From contig JAADHZ010000059.1 in NCBI GenBank assembly GCA_013151575.1, forward strand, positions 1 to 61,032: DNA of 61,032 nucleotides. The letters run 5' to 3'. The DNA comes from Gammaproteobacteria bacterium. Lineage in GTDB: Bacteria; Pseudomonadota; Gammaproteobacteria; SZUA-152. A program made the position numbers and the translations under genes. Below are positions 9,316 to 19,377 of the stretch, one piece after another (position 1 is the first letter of the stretch; every line of letters begins with the position of its first letter). The notes under the pieces are model-generated. The model worked only from the letters and a program-made list of their open reading frames with translations, ran no database searches and had not been told where the DNA came from.

Positions 9316-10829
9316 TTATTTTCCTGGGCACAGTAATGAGTTCCACAAATGCATTGCCGCATAGGCTCGCCAGGGTCGCCAGTTTTCAGCCCGTTGTGCC
9401 AACATTTTCGGAGTGACTTTTTTGCCGGGGTTGATCGCCTTCAGTAGCCCCAGGTCCGATACCATGAATGCATCAGGGTCTTTCAGCACTCGCATCGCAA
9501 CGTATTGTGCGGTCCATTCGCCGATGCCATGAATGGTTTGAAGACGCTGGCAAAAATCTTTCGGATCTTGGGAAGGGTCAAAATTGATTTCCTGTTTTTC
9601 GGTCGCTTTTGCCAGCCGACGTATTGTATCGGTACGGCTTTTGGTGATCCCCAGATTGGCCATCTGAGCCTTGGCAAGTCGCGTCGGTGTTGGAAAAACA
9701 TGAGACAACGAACTGTCTGATATTGTTTGCCGAGGGTCGATGGGTTCCCCGTAACGGTGTGCCAAGCGGCCTGCGAGGGTTGTTGCTGCCTTCACCGAAA
9801 TTTGCTGGCCAAGAATCGCGCGCACGGTCAATTCAAAACCGTTCCATGCACCGGGCACACGGATGCCGGGCTGGCGCTGTATCGAGGTCACGAACCATGT
9901 GTCCTGCGCAAGAAGTTTCGCAATATCGATGACCGGTGCATCAAGATCAAACGCGGCACGCGCGGTTTGAGTGATCTCAAAAATGTGGTTTGTTAATGCC
10001 GCATGGATCGTCAAAAGCAAAAAACCGGATGACTCTACACTGGGAGACTCTGCGGGTTGGATGATGACCGTGCCAGCTTGGCCACCGACGGTGATAGTTC
10101 TCGCGTATCGATTGCCTACCACCTCTTCGACACCGGGGGTCGCCCGTACAGTAAGAAAACGCAGCATGGCATTCCAGTCCAGCGGCTTTTGATACGGTAG
10201 TTGTAAAGACAATCCTGATCGACCCGCAGTGGAAACATCGCGTTTTCGCAGGTCGCGCGGTGTTCGTTGGTAGGTGCGTTTAAACTGGTCGTTAAAGCGA
10301 CGCACACTCCCGTATCCAGCGGCCAATGCGACCTGGGTCATCGACAAGCATGTTTCATCGAGCAACCGTTTGGCAAAATGCAGGCGCTGTGTCGTCGCAA
10401 TAGCGGTTGGTGATGCCCCCAAATGTTTCATGAAGAGTCGTCGCAGGTGGCGGTCTGTCACGCCAAGGCGCAACGCTAGCTCGGTAACGCCGCCCTCATC
10501 CAGAATACCGGCGGCAATGAGCTTTAATCCACGTCGCACCGTACTTGAGCTGCCATGCCACGCGGGTGAGCCGGGCGCACATTCCGGACGACATCGCAGG
10601 CAGGGCCGAAACCCAGCCTCCGAAGCCGCCGCTGCGCTGGCAAAAAATAGTACGTTTTCTGCTTTTGGCATTTTTACCGGGCAAACAGGACGGCAGTAAA
10701 TGTTTGTTGTTTTCACCCCCACAAAAAACGCCCGTCAAAGCGCACATCGCGCGCCAACCGGGCCCGCTCAAGAATGTCGTTACTGACCGGGGTACCCGCG
10801 AGTAATAGCATTTGTTTTGTACTCTCCAT
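9316..10829 (-). CDS. Ada-type Zn-binding/AraC HTH regulator fused to DNA-3-methyladenine glycosylase II (AdaA-AlkA); frame broken in a T6 run near the 5' end
   Basis: ORF 9316..10722 carries CRPVCPV...FRPCLRCRP (Ada Zn site), an AraC-type HTH and an AlkA HhH-GPD domain. ATG 10829 opens MESTKQMLLLAGTPVSNDILERARLARDVRFDGRF in another frame. This joins to FVGVKTTNIYCRP if one T is added at 10723-10728. Confidence 0.85.
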
Positions 10830-11026
10830 GAGTAACCTGTGCACGACCTAATATGCACGACCTAGCTGCGTGAAAAGTATACGCAATACCGAAAACGAAT
10901 CTCGCCAGAATCGGACTTCATCATTTTGGCAGCGTGTGGCTGGGTTTATGGAAGGTTTACGACAGGCAATTCAAGCAGACGGTGTCTGCCAACGACTTAC
11001 TCCAGCGGCGTTAGTTCCAGAGATAG

Positions 11027-11113
11027 TCAGGAGGCGTTCAAATCACGCAGGCGATAAAGGGTTTCCAGTGCTTCGCGTGGGCTTAGTTCGTCGGGGTTAA
11101 TTTCTCTGAACAT
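11027..11113 (-). pseudogene. mutS: Relic of the extreme 3' end of mutS (last ~28 codons only)
   Basis: Translates to MFREINPDELSPREALETLYRLRDLNAS*. From memory, the E. coli MutS C-terminus is ...[24 protein letters not shown]. A stop lies 6 codons upstream and a REP-like unit follows immediately. Confidence 0.4.
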
Positions 11114-11175
11114 GCCTCTAAATAAAACTCAGCTTGAGGGTCACCGTTACCACTGAATAAGCCATTGTATTTTCT

Positions 11176-11195
11176 GTAGGGTGGGCAGTGCCCCA
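11176..11195. repeat. Degenerate single REP-like unit
   Basis: GTAGGGTGGGCAGTGCCCCA, related to the units at 1585-1648. Confidence 0.4.
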
Positions 11196-11296
11196 TTGGC
11201 GTTTGAATGGAGCGAAACCGGTGGGTAATGCCTTTATGCCCCAGAGGGTACACCCTATGTCAAACAACTGAGTTTTGTTAATGAACAAGTTTCGGA

Positions 11297-11769
11297 TCAA
11301 TGTCCTTCGTGCTCGAATTTCAGGAGGGCTTTTTGTTGGCAAGTCACCACCGAAACCGGCAAGTGTACCCGTTGCTGGCAATCACTCGATGGCAAAGGAT
11401 AATCAGGGGAATCGGGTTTTTGCCATTCGCGGTACCGACGACCCGCATCGCCCGGGGTTTGCCAAGACGCAGAGCGATCTCGCTATACGAAGCGGTAGTA
11501 CCGTAGGGTATTTTCCTTAGCTGCTCAAGCACACTTAATTGAGACGGTGTTCCACTCGGGACAAGCGACAGTGAAAACACCTTGAGCGTCCCTTCAAAAT
11601 ATTGACGGATTTGCGGTTTCGCTTCGATGAAGATCGCGTCGCGTAGCTCTCAACCGGGCTCTGCCCTCCGTCGCTTGGGACCACCGGGGAAACCGAGTCC
11701 GTAGAGTGCATACCGGTCCCCCGCCAGTAGTCATTCGCCAATCGGTGTATCGAGGTAGGTGTAATACAT
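11297..11769 (-). pseudogene. ogt: Degraded paralogous copy of ogt
   Basis: Collinear at nucleotide level with 8815..9288, including both flanks (8800-9301 vs 11283-11783). It is 473 nt against 474 nt. In-frame TGA/TAG codons appear (GGCGAATGACTACTGG where the intact copy has GGCGAATTACTGCTGG). The frame is lost after LCHRVIASNG. Confidence 0.8.
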
Positions 11770-12002
11770 TTGATTTATTTCCTGTATCAGGCTCTAAGGC
11801 AATGTTTCTTTCGTCAACTGCTCCAGCAGCAGCTGACGAACTGGCTTTTGATCCTACTTTTAAAGGCTACGGCAAGCAACGCGAAAACCGCTAGATCTGC
11901 ACGTCTCGCCGGGATGTGCGAAAATCGCGCGAAGATCTGGATCTGCAAAAGATTTTTTCGACAACCTTCGAACAAGAATAACCAACGAACAAAGGAACTG
12001 TT

Positions 12003-14729
12003 ATGCCCACTGTTTTTTCAACATATAGCAAACGTGGAACTTTCACATTCCTTCTTCTCAGCCTTTCATTGTTGCTAGGTGCCTGCGGTGGCGGCGGTGG
12101 TAGCGGTGACACAACGAACAGCGCCCCCACAGCCAGCAACGTCGCCATTACCGATGTTAACGGCGGCCTTGCCGTAGTCGGAGATGCCCTAACCGGGAGT
12201 TACAGCTACAGCGATTCCGACAGCGATGCCGAAGGCGCTACCACGTTTCGCTGGTTACGTGATGCTGTTGCCATTGGGGGTGCCACCAGCCGTAGCTACA
12301 CTCTGGTGGTTGCCGACAGCGGTCGGACTATCACCTTTGAGGTCATCCCTGTCGCCACCGTAGGTGTCGTCACTGGCAGTGCCATGACCTCTGCCGGTAT
12401 CAGCATCGCAAACAGCGTCGCGAATAGTGCTCCCACGGCCAGTAGTGTCGCTATTGCCGATGCTAACGGCGGCCTTGCAGTGGTCGGAGACACCCTGACC
12501 GGAAGTTACAGCTACAGCGACACCGACAACGATAGCGAAGGGACCGCCACGTTTCGCTGGTTGCGCAACACCAGCGCTATTGGGAGTGCTACCAGCAGCA
12601 GCTACACTTTGGTAGCCGCCGATAGCGGTCAGACCATCACTTTCGAAGTCACTCCCGTCGCCACGACAGGTGTCATCACCGGCAATGCCGTGACCTCTGC
12701 CGGTATCAGCGTCGCAACCAATGTTGCGAATAGCGCCCCCACGGCCAACAGTGTCGTCATTATCGATGTCAACGGTGGCATTGCCCTGGTCGGAGATACC
12801 TTGACGGGGAGCTACAGCTACAGCGATGCCGACAACGATGACGAAGGGGCCACCACGTTTCGCTGGTTGCGCAACGCCACCGCCATTGGGGGTGCCACCA
12901 GCAGTAGCTACACTCTGGTGGCTGCCGACAACAGCCAGACCATCACCTTTGAAGTGACTCCCGTTGCCACCACCGGCCCAATCACTGGCAACGCCGTGAC
13001 TTCATCAGGACTAACAGTTGGGGTAGTGCCTAATACTCCGCCCACAGCGGCTACCAGTCCCGGCCTGAGTTTTGCGCAGAGCAAGGTCTTCCGCTTTACC
13101 TGGTCCGATGTGCCCGATGCCACTTTCTATAGGCTGCTGGAAAATCCTGACGGTACTTCCGGGTTTACCCAAGTGGGTGGCGATATCATTCAGGGTGTGC
13201 AAGCCCTCGATCATATTGTGCCGCTGCATGCACGTCTCAACGCTCAATACATCCTGCAAAGCTGCAACGCCGCAGGCTGTATCGATTCGGCCATTCTGGC
13301 GGTGAGTGGCACCTTGGTCGCAGCGATTGGTTATCTCAAGGCCAGTAATACCGAGGCAAGTGATTGGTTTGGTGTAGCCTTGAGTTTGAGCAGAGATGGC
13401 AACACCCTGGCGGTGGGGGCGCATGGTGAGGATAGCAATGCCAGCGGTATTAATGGTAGTCAGGCGAACAACACGGCGGAAGGTAGTGGCGCGGTGTATA
13501 TCTTCACCCGCAGTGGTAGTACTTGGAGTCAGCAAGCCTACCTCAAGGCGAGCAATACCGGTGCAGGTGATCGTTTTGGTATTGCCATGAGTCTGAACAG
13601 TGATGGCAACACCTTGGCAGTGGGGGCGTTTGGTGAGGCTAGCAACGCCAGTGGCATCGACGGTAGTCAGGCGGACAACACGGCAGGAGCCAGCGGTGCG
13701 GTGTACGTCTTCACTCGTAACGATAATACCTGGAGCCAGCAAGCCTACCTCAAGGCGAGCAATACCGATGCAAGTGATTACTTTGGCGTTGCCCTGAGCC
13801 TGAGTGCCGACGGCAACACCCTGGCGGTGGGGGCGTATTGGGAGGCTAGCAACGCCAGCGGCGTTGGTGGCAACCAGGCGGACAACACGGCGGCAAGCAG
13901 CGGTGCGGTGTACGTCTTCAGTCGCAGCGGCAGTCTCTGGACTCAGCAAGCCTACTTCAAGGCGAGCAATACCGATGCAGGCGATTGGTTTGGTATAGCC
14001 CTGAGCCTGAGCAGTGATGGTAATACGCTAGCAGTGGGCGCGTGGCTTGAGGCCAGCAACACCAGTGGCGTTGGTAGCAATCAGGCGGACAACACGGCAG
14101 AAGGCAGCGGCGCAGCGTACATTTTCACTCGTAGCGGTAGTACCTGGAGCCAACAAGCCTACCTCAAGGCGAGCAACAGCGATGCAGGCGATCGGTTCGG
14201 TATAGCTCTGAGTCTGAGCGGTGATGGCAAAACCTTGGCAGTGGGGGCATTTGGTGAGGATAGCAATGCCGGCGGTAGTCAGGCGGACAACACGGCAGAA
14301 AATAGCGGCGCGGTGTACATTTTTACCCGTAGCGGTAGTACCTGGAGCCAGCAGGCCTACCTCAAGGCCAGCAATACCGATGCAGGTGATCTCTTCGGTA
14401 TAGCTCTGAGCCTGAGCAGTGATGGCAATATCCTGGCGGTGGGGGCGACTGGTGAGGCCAGCAATAACAGCGGCGTCGGTGGCAACCAAGTGAACAACTC
14501 GGCGAAAGGCAGTGGTGCGGTGTACGTTTTCACCCGCAACGGCGGCACCTGGAGCCAGCAGGCCTACCTCAAGGCGAGCAATACCGATGCAGGTGATTAT
14601 TTCGGCAGAGCCCTGAGTCTGAGTGCCAACGGCAGTACTCTGGTGGTGGGGGCGTGGAGGGAAAGCAGTGCTGGCAGCAACCAGGCGGACAACTCAGCGA
14701 TAAGTAGCGGTGCAGTGTACTTGTACTGA
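12003..14729 (+). CDS. Large surface lipoprotein: 3 Ig-like repeats, an FN3-like linker and a seven-repeat FG-GAP (integrin-alpha-like) beta-propeller
   Basis: Signal peptide plus lipobox (LLSLSLLLGAC followed by a G-rich linker). Three 102-aa repeats and seven 66-69-aa repeats of the form YLKASNTDAGDxFGxALSLSxDGNTLAVGA...GAVYxFTRSGSTWSQQA. Confidence 0.85.
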   Translation: MPTVFSTYSKRGTFTFLLLSLSLLLGACGGGGGSGDTTNSAPTASNVAITDVNGGLAVVGDALTGSYSYSDSDSDAEGATTFRWLRDAVAIGGATSRSYTLVVADSGRTITFEVIPVATVGVVTGSAMTSAGISIANSVANSAPTASSVAIADANGGLAVVGDTLTGSYSYSDTDNDSEGTATFRWLRNTSAIGSATSSSYTLVAADSGQTITFEVTPVATTGVITGNAVTSAGISVATNVANSAPTANSVVIIDVNGGIALVGDTLTGSYSYSDADNDDEGATTFRWLRNATAIGGATSSSYTLVAADNSQTITFEVTPVATTGPITGNAVTSSGLTVGVVPNTPPTAATSPGLSFAQSKVFRFTWSDVPDATFYRLLENPDGTSGFTQVGGDIIQGVQALDHIVPLHARLNAQYILQSCNAAGCIDSAILAVSGTLVAAIGYLKASNTEASDWFGVALSLSRDGNTLAVGAHGEDSNASGINGSQANNTAEGSGAVYIFTRSGSTWSQQAYLKASNTGAGDRFGIAMSLNSDGNTLAVGAFGEASNASGIDGSQADNTAGASGAVYVFTRNDNTWSQQAYLKASNTDASDYFGVALSLSADGNTLAVGAYWEASNASGVGGNQADNTAASSGAVYVFSRSGSLWTQQAYFKASNTDAGDWFGIALSLSSDGNTLAVGAWLEASNTSGVGSNQADNTAEGSGAAYIFTRSGSTWSQQAYLKASNSDAGDRFGIALSLSGDGKTLAVGAFGEDSNAGGSQADNTAENSGAVYIFTRSGSTWSQQAYLKASNTDAGDLFGIALSLSSDGNILAVGATGEASNNSGVGGNQVNNSAKGSGAVYVFTRNGGTWSQQAYLKASNTDAGDYFGRALSLSANGSTLVVGAWRESSAGSNQADNSAISSGAVYLY
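12117..13034 (+). repeat. 3 x 306-bp in-frame tandem repeat (Ig-like modules)
   Basis: Units start at 12117, 12423 and 12729 (NSAPTAS/N...). They are highly similar at DNA level. Confidence 0.85.
13332..14726 (+). repeat. 7 x ~207-bp in-frame tandem repeat (FG-GAP blades)
   Basis: TAC(C/T)TCAAGGC(G/C)AG units start at 13332, 13539, 13746, 13953, 14160, 14358 and 14565. Periods are 207 bp except one of 198 bp. Confidence 0.9.
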
Positions 14730-15187
14730 CTAGTGTGACTCATGGTCACCGCCTTGCAGCAGCAGCAGCAGCCGACCGGCGACGGAGGCGGTGGGGTCCA
14801 GCTTGCCCTGGCAAGCTACGAGAAAAAAGAGTGGCACGCGGTGGTCGGTGAGGGCAGTGGCGGTGAGTTTTTTGCAGTCTTCCGCGTCTTCATGGTGGGT
14901 CTGCTCAGCTCCAGGATCAGATCGGCGACCGGTTTGTGCGATTCTTCTGCGGGGAACTGGGCAGCTGCAGACCAAGAGCGGCGAACAAACCGGGCAGGGT
15001 TTATTCTATGCCGCCAGGGCCGAGCATGAATTGCATTGCCACGGGTTCATCATCGGCCCCGACAGCAGATAGTCGGGGCCACCGGGTAGGGATTTTACCG
15101 AAGCACCACCGAGGCGGTAGTGCTTCTGACACGACACAGGGATTTGAATGGCCCCTCCCGCCTTTCGGGCGAAACCTGGAAGCCTGT

Positions 15188-15256
15188 AGTTTTGACAGTT
15201 TTGACAGTTTTGACAGTTTTGACAGTTTTGACAGTTTTGACAGTTTTGACAGTTTT
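15188..15256. repeat. 9-bp tandem repeat (AGTTTTGAC) x7 plus a partial unit
   Basis: Perfect copies start at 15188, 15197, 15206, 15215, 15224, 15233 and 15242, with a partial unit at 15251-15256. It lies in the non-coding gap between convergent genes. Confidence 0.95.
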
Positions 15257-15292
15257 CTGGATGCCAGAACGAGCCAGGCAGACGATGTGCGG

Positions 15293-16129
15293 TTAGCGGG
15301 GCAGCACCGGTTTGACGAAGGACCCCGCCCCGGGCGCCACCGCCTGCGGAAACCGGCGAAAGAAATTCTCGCTGGTGGTCTCGGCCACGGCCTGCCAGGA
15401 GCTGCCGCGTAACTGCGCGACGCATTCCGCTACGTGGCGCACGTAGGCGGGTTGGTTGGGTTTGCCGCGATGGGGCACCGGGGCGAGGTAAGGAGCGTCG
15501 GTTTCCACCAGCATGCGGGATGCCGGTATTTTCTGCGCCACTTCCTTTAGTGCCTTGGCGGAGTTGAAGGTGACGATGCCGGAGAAGGAAATATCAAAGT
15601 TGAGGTCCAGCGCCCGTTGCGCGACGTTCCAGTCTTCCACGAAGCAATGCATCACGCCGCCGACCTGGTCCGCGCCCTCCTCTTTCAGGATGCGCAGGGT
15701 GTCTTCGGTGGCATGGATGATCAGCGGTTTGCCAGTGGCTTTGGCTGCGGCGATGTGGGTGCGAAAACGCCGTCGCTGCCATTCCAGGCCGTCATTTTCA
15801 CCGGCGGTGGCTTCGCTGCGGAAATAGTCCAGCCCGGTTTCACCGATGGCGACCACCTGCGAATCACCGGCCAGCGCGATCAATTCCTCGACGCTGGGAT
15901 CGTGCCCCTCCTGTTCGTTGGGATGCACGCCCACGGAGACGGCGACCCGCTCGTTGGCCCGCGCCATGGCCAGGATGTCGGGGTAATGTTCCAGGTCAAT
16001 GGCGACGCACAGATAAAAACCCACGCCCTGTTCGGCGGCATGATCAAGCGCGCCGTTCAGTTCGCCGTTCCAGGGGTCGAGCTGGAGTCGGTCGAGGTGA
16101 CAGTGGGAATCAACGAGAAATGGGGACAC
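15293..16129 (-). CDS. ycfH: TatD-family metal-dependent deoxyribonuclease/hydrolase
   Basis: MSPFLVDSHCHLD..., ETDAPYLAPVPHRGKPNQPAYV. It sits after holB, as in the E. coli and Pseudomonas clusters. Confidence 0.88.
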   Translation of the reverse strand: MSPFLVDSHCHLDRLQLDPWNGELNGALDHAAEQGVGFYLCVAIDLEHYPDILAMARANERVAVSVGVHPNEQEGHDPSVEELIALAGDSQVVAIGETGLDYFRSEATAGENDGLEWQRRRFRTHIAAAKATGKPLIIHATEDTLRILKEEGADQVGGVMHCFVEDWNVAQRALDLNFDISFSGIVTFNSAKALKEVAQKIPASRMLVETDAPYLAPVPHRGKPNQPAYVRHVAECVAQLRGSSWQAVAETTSENFFRRFPQAVAPGAGSFVKPVLPR

Positions 16130-16172
16130 AGGAAACCGCCGTTTAGCCGTGAGTGAAAAGAATCATGATGTG

Positions 16173-16197
16173 AAAAACGCCTGCTTGATGACAGGCG
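16173..16197 (-). terminator. Candidate rho-independent terminator after pilZ
   Basis: Minus strand reads CGCCTG-TCATCAAG-CAGGCG followed by TTTTTCAC, 34 nt after the pilZ stop. Confidence 0.5.
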
Positions 16198-16230
16198 GTG
16201 ATGAGGTTCATGCCTGCGCCACAAAACGGC

Positions 16231-16581
16231 TCACATGGTATGGGTCTGACGGTCTGACTTCAAGGCACCCGCGAGGTAGGTTTCGATCTTGTTGCGCACG
16301 GCGCCGTTGTCCTGATTGCTGAACTGCACGCCAATGCCGGAGATGCGTGCGCTTTGCGCGCCGGCTGGGGTGACCCAGACGATTTTTCCGGCCACGGGCA
16401 GCTTTTCGGTTTCTTCCATCAGCGTGAGCAGCATGAAGACTTCATCACCGAGTTTGTATTTTTTGTTGGTGGGAATAAACAGGCCGCCATTTTTGACGAA
16501 AGGCATGTAGGCCGCGTACAGGGAACTCTTGTCCTTGATGGCCAGTGAAAGAATGCCGCCTTGTCGAAAATCGCCGCTCAT
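16231..16581 (-). CDS. pilZ: Type IV pilus assembly protein PilZ
   Basis: ILSLAIKDKSSLYAAYMPFVKNGGLFIPTNKKYKLGDEVFMLL...GIGVQF closely resembles P. aeruginosa PilZ. The position next to holB is conserved in pseudomonads. Confidence 0.85.
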   Translation of the reverse strand: MSGDFRQGGILSLAIKDKSSLYAAYMPFVKNGGLFIPTNKKYKLGDEVFMLLTLMEETEKLPVAGKIVWVTPAGAQSARISGIGVQFSNQDNGAVRNKIETYLAGALKSDRQTHTM

Positions 16582-16645
16582 GTTTTCTGTGTTTCCCTGG
16601 GGGCTTCCATTGGTTTCGTTGGTGCGTTGCGTGCGACGGGGTTTA

Positions 16646-18306
<1,661 letters not shown>

Positions 18307-19377
18307 TTATTTCTTTCTTGAAAGCCGCCCGCTGGGCAGGGAGGAAAACGGTCGCGAGCGGCCACCCAGCTGGTATTCCACCACGGCGGCGTTGTGCGCT
18401 TTGAGGCTGGCGGAAAACTGGTGGCTGCCGTCTCCCCGCGCCACAAAATACAGCTCCTCGCCCGGCTTGGGATTCAGCGCGGCGATCACCGCGTCACGCC
18501 CTGGCATGGCGATGGGGGTGGGCGGCAGGCCTTTGCGCAGATAGGTGTTGTAGGGAGTGTCCTTGCGCAGGTCACGGCGGCGGATGTTGCCATCGTAGGC
18601 GCGGCCCAGGCCATAAATGACCGTGGGGTCGGTTTGCAGACGCATGCGTTTTTGCAATCGCCGGTTGAAAACGCCCGCAATCTGCTTGCGCTCGCTGGGC
18701 AGGGAGGTCTCTTTTTCCACGATGGAGGCCAGTATCAGGGCCTCGTAGGGAACTTTAAGCTCCACGTTGTCAGTGCGCTCCGGCCATTGCACGGCCAGCA
18801 GATGCTGCATGGCGTTGTAGGCCCGTTGCAAGAAGGCCACGTCGGTGGTGAGTCGTGGGAAGTGATAGGTGTCGGGCAGGAAACGGCCTTCGGGAAATTC
18901 ACCGGGGTGGCCGAGCTGCTCCATGATTTCCGTGTCACTGTAGTCGGACAAGGTATGCAGCAGGTATTCGTTGCTGTGCACGGCATCCATCAGCTGGCGG
19001 AAATTCCAGCCTTCGACGATGGTCAGCGCGTATTGCAGAGTTTCGCCATTGACGATTTGCTCCAGCAGACGTTCGGGGGTGATGCCGGTATCAAAACGGT
19101 ATTCGCCCGCCTTGATGGTATTGGCAGTGCCCTCGAATTTGCCCAGCCACACCAGGTAGGCGGCCGTGTTGATGGCTCCACGTTTTTGCAGATCGTTGGC
19201 GATGCGAGTGAGCGTGGTGCCAGGTTTGACTTCGTAACGCAGGCCGTGCTCGCCGAAATCCAGAGGGTCGCTGACAAAGACTCGGTAGTCCATCGCCACC
19301 CACGCGCCGTAGAGGCTGCCTGTCAGCACCAACAAACCAACCAGTTTGAACAGCGTTTCGCGCACGGTTTTAGGCAT
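18307..19377 (-). CDS. mltG: Endolytic murein transglycosylase (YceG family)
   Basis: Start at MPKTVRETLFKLVGLLVL (ATG 19377, overlapping the pabC stop by 8 nt). YceG motifs IASIVEKET, DPTVIYG and NTYLRKGLPPTPI are present. Confidence 0.9.
   Translation of the reverse strand: MPKTVRETLFKLVGLLVLTGSLYGAWVAMDYRVFVSDPLDFGEHGLRYEVKPGTTLTRIANDLQKRGAINTAAYLVWLGKFEGTANTIKAGEYRFDTGITPERLLEQIVNGETLQYALTIVEGWNFRQLMDAVHSNEYLLHTLSDYSDTEIMEQLGHPGEFPEGRFLPDTYHFPRLTTDVAFLQRAYNAMQHLLAVQWPERTDNVELKVPYEALILASIVEKETSLPSERKQIAGVFNRRLQKRMRLQTDPTVIYGLGRAYDGNIRRRDLRKDTPYNTYLRKGLPPTPIAMPGRDAVIAALNPKPGEELYFVARGDGSHQFSASLKAHNAAVVEYQLGGRSRPFSSLPSGRLSRKK

Noticed and set aside
10870-11100. 76-aa plus-strand ORF between ada/alkA and the ogt relic.
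   Set aside because: It has no motifs and overlaps, on the opposite strand, the much better supported MutS-tail fragment.
14730-15187. Possible degraded gene between the lipoprotein gene and ycfH. A minus-strand fragment ...TDHRVPLFFLVACQGKLDPT...LLLQGGDHESH faintly recalls the C-terminal D/H region of alpha/beta hydrolases.
   Set aside because: There is only a short ambiguous resemblance, the frames are riddled with stops, and I cannot order several motifs as I could for the ATPase relic. I leave it as unassigned non-coding DNA with a strong hairpin at 15055-15080.
15188-15256. Possible CRISPR array or protein-coding SFD/CQN repeat.
   Set aside because: The units are 9 bp with no spacers, so this is not CRISPR. 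The surrounding ORFs (14936..15412 plus strand, 15006..15425 minus strand) overlap the ycfH 3' end and have no coding character outside the repeat.
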